This document shows positions 59,057 through 64,000 of a stretch of 64,000 nucleotides of DNA, in pieces (position 1 is the first letter of the stretch; each line of letters starts with the position of its first letter). The notes below the pieces were generated by a model. That model saw only the letters and a program-made list of their open reading frames with translations. It was not told the origin of the DNA and searched no databases. The translations under genes and the position numbers were made by a program. The DNA lies in the NCBI GenBank assembly GCA_964446655.1, contig CAYUPL010000003.1:54477-118476 (forward strand), written 5' to 3'. The stretch comes from an uncultured Desulfopila sp. (GTDB lineage: Bacteria > Desulfobacterota > Desulfobulbia > Desulfobulbales > Desulfocapsaceae).

Positions 59057-60864
59057 GCCGGCAGGCTTACTTTCACGGCAGTTCCATAGCCGAGCCTGCT
59101 TTTGAATTCTATTATTCCTGAGTGCTCCTCCACGATTTTTGCACTCATGGCCAAACCAAGCCCTGTGCCATCGCCTTTAGTGGTAAAATATGGATCAAAT
59201 ACCTTAGAGACATTCTCCTCATCAAGTCCACAGCCGGAATCCTCGACGAGACAAACAATCCTTTTTTCCTCCTCGAAGATTTTAATCCGCAGAATGCCGC
59301 CATCACCCATTGCCTGAATCGAATTAAGAAGAAGATTCAAAAAGACCTGATTAAGTTTATCCCTGTCTCCCCAGACGCAGCATTGCTCCTTGGACTCTCT
59401 TTGCAAATCAACCCCCAGAGATTCCAAGTCTGCTTTTACCAGTGTGACTGCCTTGTCTATGACTTCATTTATATTCACTTTTTCCAGTTGCAGCTTATGA
59501 GGTCTGGCATAATCAAGCAGCTCACTTATACTTCTATTCAACCGTTCTACTTCCCGTACCAATATATCTGCCGTATCGTTGCCCTGCGGATCCTTCTGTA
59601 CCTTTGCCTTCAACAAAAGAGCGAGACCCTTGATGGAACTGAGAGGATTGCGCAGCTCATGGGCAACGCCGGCAGCCATTTTACCAAGCGCAGCCAATCG
59701 TTCACTTCTGCGCAACTCACGCTGCAGATCTTTGATGCGGCTGATATCCTGAATCAAAAGAGTATTACCGGTAAACCTGTTTTGGCTGTCAACCACCGGT
59801 AAAGCTAACGTCACCAGTGATCGATCATTTTTCCCCATACTCCCAAGAAGAATTTCCTTTTGTTCTCCACCGGCGGAAAGAATATTTTCGTGACGTAACT
59901 CAGCCGCCAGCTCCCGAGGCAGAACTTTTTGGGGATCCTTACCAAGTACCTTCGCAGCAGCAACCCCCACCATCTTCTCTGCAGACTGATTAAAAATACG
60001 AATATTGCCGTTACTGTCCGTGGCAATAAGGCCGACAGGTAAAGAAGACACCAGAATATCGGTAAACTTACGAATTTGCTTAAGCCTTACCTGAGAACCT
60101 TTGAACCCCTGTAATGTCAATAACGAGAACCACCCGCCTGCCCCTACCAGCAGCATGACGAGAGAGAGCGAAACAATCTGCAGAAGCTGTCTTCGGACAA
60201 CCGTATTAAATTCATCCAAGTCCAATTCTATAAGCAAAATGAACTTTTGGTTAATTATTTCCCGAAGCTGTTCCAGTAGATCCTCATCCCCGGATCCGCG
60301 CAGGGACCTCCCCCTTTCCGGATACATCCTCGACATCAAATCATGGCTGAATAATCTGGGTACAAAGTTCCTTGCTCCAAATGGATAGTAGCGAACCGCC
60401 ACCTGAAAAACAGCCTCGGACTCGAGACTCTTCTCCTTGAATCTGTATTTTTCCATCGTACCGCTGCTTTCACCAATACTATCGAGAAACAGACGGGTCG
60501 ACTCGTCTACTGTCCCACCATTTTGTTCATGTTCGGTACTTGCTAAGATACGACCATTTGCATCAACCAAGGCCATAAACCGTATACGGGAATGCTCTGC
60601 ACTGTTATCCATCACCTGTTGGACATGATCCGTCCATTGCCCCATGGTCACGCGAATACTACGCAAATTACCGCGCAAGGACGCTTTTGAACTTGACATT
60701 ACAAACCCGGCTATGGTTATCCCCTGCTGCACAAGAGACTCGGTCATCAGCGTCTTTTCGCGATGGTAGTTGCTGACCGCAAACACACTGATAATTACAG
60801 CCAGGAGTGTGCATGCGGCGGCCAGCAGCCACGGTGAGACTTTTGCGAGATTTTGACTTTTCAT
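59038..60864 (-). CDS. Membrane sensor histidine kinase (periplasmic domain - TM - PAS - HisKA - HATPase_c)
   Basis: Two TM segments flank a ~190-aa extracytoplasmic domain. PAS region, H-box AAGVAHELRNPL, N/G boxes (LLLNSIQA, DSGCG, GTGLGL). No response regulator is adjacent. Confidence 0.88.
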   Translation of the reverse strand: MKSQNLAKVSPWLLAAACTLLAVIISVFAVSNYHREKTLMTESLVQQGITIAGFVMSSSKASLRGNLRSIRVTMGQWTDHVQQVMDNSAEHSRIRFMALVDANGRILASTEHEQNGGTVDESTRLFLDSIGESSGTMEKYRFKEKSLESEAVFQVAVRYYPFGARNFVPRLFSHDLMSRMYPERGRSLRGSGDEDLLEQLREIINQKFILLIELDLDEFNTVVRRQLLQIVSLSLVMLLVGAGGWFSLLTLQGFKGSQVRLKQIRKFTDILVSSLPVGLIATDSNGNIRIFNQSAEKMVGVAAAKVLGKDPQKVLPRELAAELRHENILSAGGEQKEILLGSMGKNDRSLVTLALPVVDSQNRFTGNTLLIQDISRIKDLQRELRRSERLAALGKMAAGVAHELRNPLSSIKGLALLLKAKVQKDPQGNDTADILVREVERLNRSISELLDYARPHKLQLEKVNINEVIDKAVTLVKADLESLGVDLQRESKEQCCVWGDRDKLNQVFLNLLLNSIQAMGDGGILRIKIFEEEKRIVCLVEDSGCGLDEENVSKVFDPYFTTKGDGTGLGLAMSAKIVEEHSGIIEFKSRLGYGTAVKVSLPAYFEGR

Positions 60865-62570
60865 TGCGCAGGAAGACCAGGAGTAAGGATCTTATTGAGC
60901 AGGACCTTTGTTATCATATAGGTAGGCACTATTCCTTCAGCTCCCATGGGACCGGCAGCCAGCGTCTGCCCACTCTTCAAGGGGTTATCAGAGGCGTAAT
61001 AGGCATAACGGATTTTCATGTTTCCGGGGATATGGCCCTGTATGATAGCGGCATTGATGGCACGCTGATAATGTGCTCCTTCCATCTCGAGCCCTATGGC
61101 GCCCCACGAAGAAAGATGAAATCTTTCCAGGATATCTTTATTTTGCAGTGATGTGCCAAGCACGGTGACCATTGGACCGCAATAAACGGCAATGGAATCA
61201 TCAAAGTCGGAGACCAGCAGATCATTTTTGACAATATAATTATGAGGAGTACCTTCCATGACATGAGCCGTGGCCAGCATTATATCACCTTTATTTCCCG
61301 GCAAAATGCCGGCTTTTCCCATAACGGCAATTGATTCTATATGCAACGCAAGCGGAACATTGTCGGTGACGGTGTCATAGGGATTCAACAATTCATCCAG
61401 AATTTGAAATGCCTGGGTACCGAAAGCATAATCTATTACCAGAATAACGGGTTTCTCGCTTTGTATGTAATCACTGTCATAGTGCAGTTCCGATCGTAGA
61501 GAGGTTAAATCGATCTTTGACGTGTCAATAATGTTGACATTGATATTCGAACCGGAAACATCGCTCACAAAGGAATATCCATATTTTTCGGCTGTTTTTT
61601 CGACAACATCTCCCATCTTTTTAACGGCATGGATCATGTCATAAAGATCGTCGGGGATTTCCATTCCCTGAGACGTCAGGGCCAGAGGACCATAAAGAAG
61701 GTTTTTCACTGAATGCATATTAGCGCTGATAAGATGAATCGGTCTGGTGTGCAAACCGAGATCGCAAAGCTTAGCCTTTATACTGAAGGCCCAGGCGGCG
61801 GCATATTTATGATGTTCAATCATCTCGTGAAGAGAGGGAGTAAAATAGACCGCCAGTTGCTCTTCTTCACTGCTCTGCTCCTTCTGAAATCGCTTGCCGA
61901 GGTTATAGATAATCTGGAAGAAACCACTGTTGTGGTTGCCTTCCTTCTTATGCCTCTCCACATACTCATAGGACTCCCTGGTTTCTCGATAAGTACGGCC
62001 AAGGATTATCGACAGATTCCAGATGGCCTGATCCAGGATGGCTCCGCTAAGATTTTCCGTGCCGTGTTCAATTATCTTCTCTAAATCCAGCCATTCCAGA
62101 CTGGTCCCACCTTCCTTATCTCCTATTCTCTGAGAAATTTTCTGTGATTCGATACCCATAAAAGTAATATGGGTTAAGATATCATAGATTTCCGTGAGTC
62201 CCCGGGTGATCACGAAGCACATCTCCCTTTCTGAAACGGCATAACACACCCGTCGACGTTTCGGTGGAATCACTTCTTCAAAAGCGGTGTCCTGAAAATC
62301 CTCCTGTGCCGTCAAAATGATCCGGTTGCATTTTTCAATCCCTCTGGGCAAGCGGTCTATCACATATTCAAGACCTTTTAATTCTACAATTCGGGGATCA
62401 CTCATGGAGCCATATATCTCAGGACTGAAGAGCTTCAGTGCTTCGGCCAGCTGCAGACCGGTTTTTCCAAATACTTTATAATATCCACGAATAGTTAACG
62501 CATCAGCCAGAACCTTAAATGTCCGTATTGCGATTCGCGCCTTCTGTGATTTTGATAACCCCAGCATCAT
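60861..62570 (-). CDS. Uncharacterised protein with C-terminal PNP/UDP (nucleoside phosphorylase / AMP-nucleosidase-like) fold domain
   Basis: The C-terminal ~200 aa carry DYAFGTQA, VMGKAGIL, GLEMEGAH and ASDNPL, which parallel the Amn / MTA-nucleosidase catalytic domain. The N-terminal ~370 aa are unrecognised. ATGA overlap with the downstream kinase gene. Confidence 0.6.
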   Translation of the reverse strand: MMLGLSKSQKARIAIRTFKVLADALTIRGYYKVFGKTGLQLAEALKLFSPEIYGSMSDPRIVELKGLEYVIDRLPRGIEKCNRIILTAQEDFQDTAFEEVIPPKRRRVCYAVSEREMCFVITRGLTEIYDILTHITFMGIESQKISQRIGDKEGGTSLEWLDLEKIIEHGTENLSGAILDQAIWNLSIILGRTYRETRESYEYVERHKKEGNHNSGFFQIIYNLGKRFQKEQSSEEEQLAVYFTPSLHEMIEHHKYAAAWAFSIKAKLCDLGLHTRPIHLISANMHSVKNLLYGPLALTSQGMEIPDDLYDMIHAVKKMGDVVEKTAEKYGYSFVSDVSGSNINVNIIDTSKIDLTSLRSELHYDSDYIQSEKPVILVIDYAFGTQAFQILDELLNPYDTVTDNVPLALHIESIAVMGKAGILPGNKGDIMLATAHVMEGTPHNYIVKNDLLVSDFDDSIAVYCGPMVTVLGTSLQNKDILERFHLSSWGAIGLEMEGAHYQRAINAAIIQGHIPGNMKIRYAYYASDNPLKSGQTLAAGPMGAEGIVPTYMITKVLLNKILTPGLPAQ

Positions 62571-62934
62571 CTCTCCTTTGCAAGCAAAATAATTGCTATA
62601 GTGATAGCTTCCGTAAAACGCTTATAACATTTTAACATTCATTATTTCAACTGCATCAGTTACAATACATTTTTCAAGAGGGATATGTCCGCACTCCCTG
62701 TTGATTTCGGGGCTTGATTTAGATATTATTTGCCGTGCCTTACGCCGTCGCCTCCGAAAAGGCCCTTTCACAGAAAAAAATGAGTGAGATATTGATTGAC
62801 AATGGTATACTGAAAGTGCGTGTATGTTTACGACCAGTACGCACTAATCAGGCGTGCGCAACAAACCAATTTATTTCAAATAGTTAAGACTTTTCTGTCT
62901 TCTCTTTAGTCGCATCTCAACGTAATGGTAACAC

Positions 62935-63501
62935 ATGTTTAAATTCAAAAATTTTCTCTCGCTTTTAACTGTATTGCTCATGTCCTCTTCATGTTCATCA
63001 GTAATGGTGAGTCAAGACTATGATCTTGCTGTCCCTTTTTCTCAGTATGAACACTTTGCCTTCGCCGACAAAGATCCGCAGAGAAAAACCGATCCCCGCT
63101 ATGATAACGAATTGATAAATACACGTTTTTATAATGCTATCCAGAAAGAACTGCGAGAAAAAGGGTATATTTACAAAGCGGTTCCAGGCGAAAGCGATAT
63201 CACAGTCTCCTTTAACTACTCTGTTCGCCCCAAAATGGATCTGTATAATATCAGCAAGCAAGTCGGTTTCAGTTATGGAGCATATCACAGATATGGCGGC
63301 ATAAGCGCACCGACCTGTACCGATATCTCCGAGTTTGACCAAGGCCTGTTATTTATCGACATCAGAGATACCGGCACAGGCCGACTTGTCTGGCGTGGAA
63401 CAGGGGCCGACATAGTTTCCATTCATGCAACGCCGGAAGCAATACACGACCAGGTCGAAAAAATGGTTACTGCAGTGCTTGAGCAATACCCTCCGGACTG
63501 A
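62935..63501 (+). CDS. DUF4136-like lipoprotein
   Basis: Signal peptide with lipobox LMSSSC and GTGRLVWRGTG near the C-terminus. Confidence 0.55.
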   Translation: MFKFKNFLSLLTVLLMSSSCSSVMVSQDYDLAVPFSQYEHFAFADKDPQRKTDPRYDNELINTRFYNAIQKELREKGYIYKAVPGESDITVSFNYSVRPKMDLYNISKQVGFSYGAYHRYGGISAPTCTDISEFDQGLLFIDIRDTGTGRLVWRGTGADIVSIHATPEAIHDQVEKMVTAVLEQYPPD

Positions 63502-63651
63502 GCCGGTCGTTTTCCTGTATCCACTCATAAAAAAAAAACAATATACCATCCCCATCATATCGACTGTTAATGTTACTATGCTTGTCCTGAGTAAATGGTG
63601 GCTTTTGCCTCATATGCATTTTTTTATTAATTCAAACACTGGAGAAAGAAG

Positions 63652-64000
63652 ATGAAAGACCCCGTACGTGTAGCAATCACAGGTGCAGCTGGACAAATCA
63701 GTTATTCCATTATCTTCCGTATCGCAAGTGGCAGTATGCTTGGTCCGGACCAGCCTGTCATACTGCAGTTGCTCGAAATTCCACCGGCAATGGATGCTTT
63801 AAACGGTGTTGTAATGGAGCTTCACGATTGCGCCTTCCCTCTGGTACACGGAGTAGTTGCTACCGACGACCCTGCTGTTGCTTTCCAGAACACTGATTAC
63901 GCCATACTTGTCGGTGCTCGCCCACGAGGACCAGGTATGGAAAGATCCGATCTTCTCACGGCAAATGCGAAAATCTTCTCTGCCCAGGGAAAAGCTCTGA
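63652..64000 (+). CDS. mdh: Malate dehydrogenase (LDH-like MDH type 2), 3' end cut by window edge
   Basis: [19 protein letters not shown]...[19 protein letters not shown] lies upstream of the ATG. Confidence 0.93.
   Translation, partial: MKDPVRVAITGAAGQISYSIIFRIASGSMLGPDQPVILQLLEIPPAMDALNGVVMELHDCAFPLVHGVVATDDPAVAFQNTDYAILVGARPRGPGMERSDLLTANAKIFSAQGKAL

Overview
This is a dense, two-strand core-chromosome window of about 57 protein-coding genes. I found no rRNA, tRNA, CRISPR array, transposase, integrase or obvious phage or defence island. All product calls rest on motif and family recognition in the supplied translations, because no database search was possible. Gene content includes LL-DAP aminotransferase, a DUF39 homocysteine-type sulfur enzyme, HDOD-GGDEF, HrpA, PriA and an LptF/LptE envelope set. 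GC looks moderate by eye. Together these suggest an anaerobic Desulfobacterota (Desulfobulbales-like) genome, but that is inference only.

Recognisable blocks:
- dapL / ispH
- fused hisHF / hup
- DUF39 plus a LarE-type PP-loop ATPase
- pheA-tsaD-rsmA-Fe-ADH
- parE-parC-like topoisomerase pair
- lptF
- nnr-CBS
- ung
- rplU-rpmA-obg-proB-proA-nadD
- rpsF-rpsR-DUF2232-rplI-dnaB
- leuS-lptE-dus
- folD and malic enzyme
- HDOD-GGDEF
- galU-priA
- hrpA
- kdsB plus a giant CofD/YvcK-like protein
- rsmJ, and rlmH-ykgJ family
- yqgE, glgB, DUF4126
- a nucleoside-phosphorylase-fold protein translationally coupled to a membrane sensor kinase
- DUF4136 lipoprotein, and mdh (3' end cut by the window)

No clear-cut novel system is evident. 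The best candidates for follow-up are:
1. A 225-nt intergenic element at 38227-38451 with 16-bp perfect terminal inverted repeats folding as a three-way junction. A second copy covering one end (82% identity over 76 nt) lies at 22492-22567.
2. The PNP/Amn-fold protein plus orphan histidine kinase pair at 59038-62570.
3. The kdsB-linked 774-aa CofD/YvcK-like protein.
4. The DUF39 plus Fe-S-type LarE-like operon.
5. A CheB-like response regulator with an inserted zinc ribbon and all three catalytic residues replaced.
6. A eukaryote-type fused HisHF.
7. A decayed KamA-like radical-SAM gene relic.
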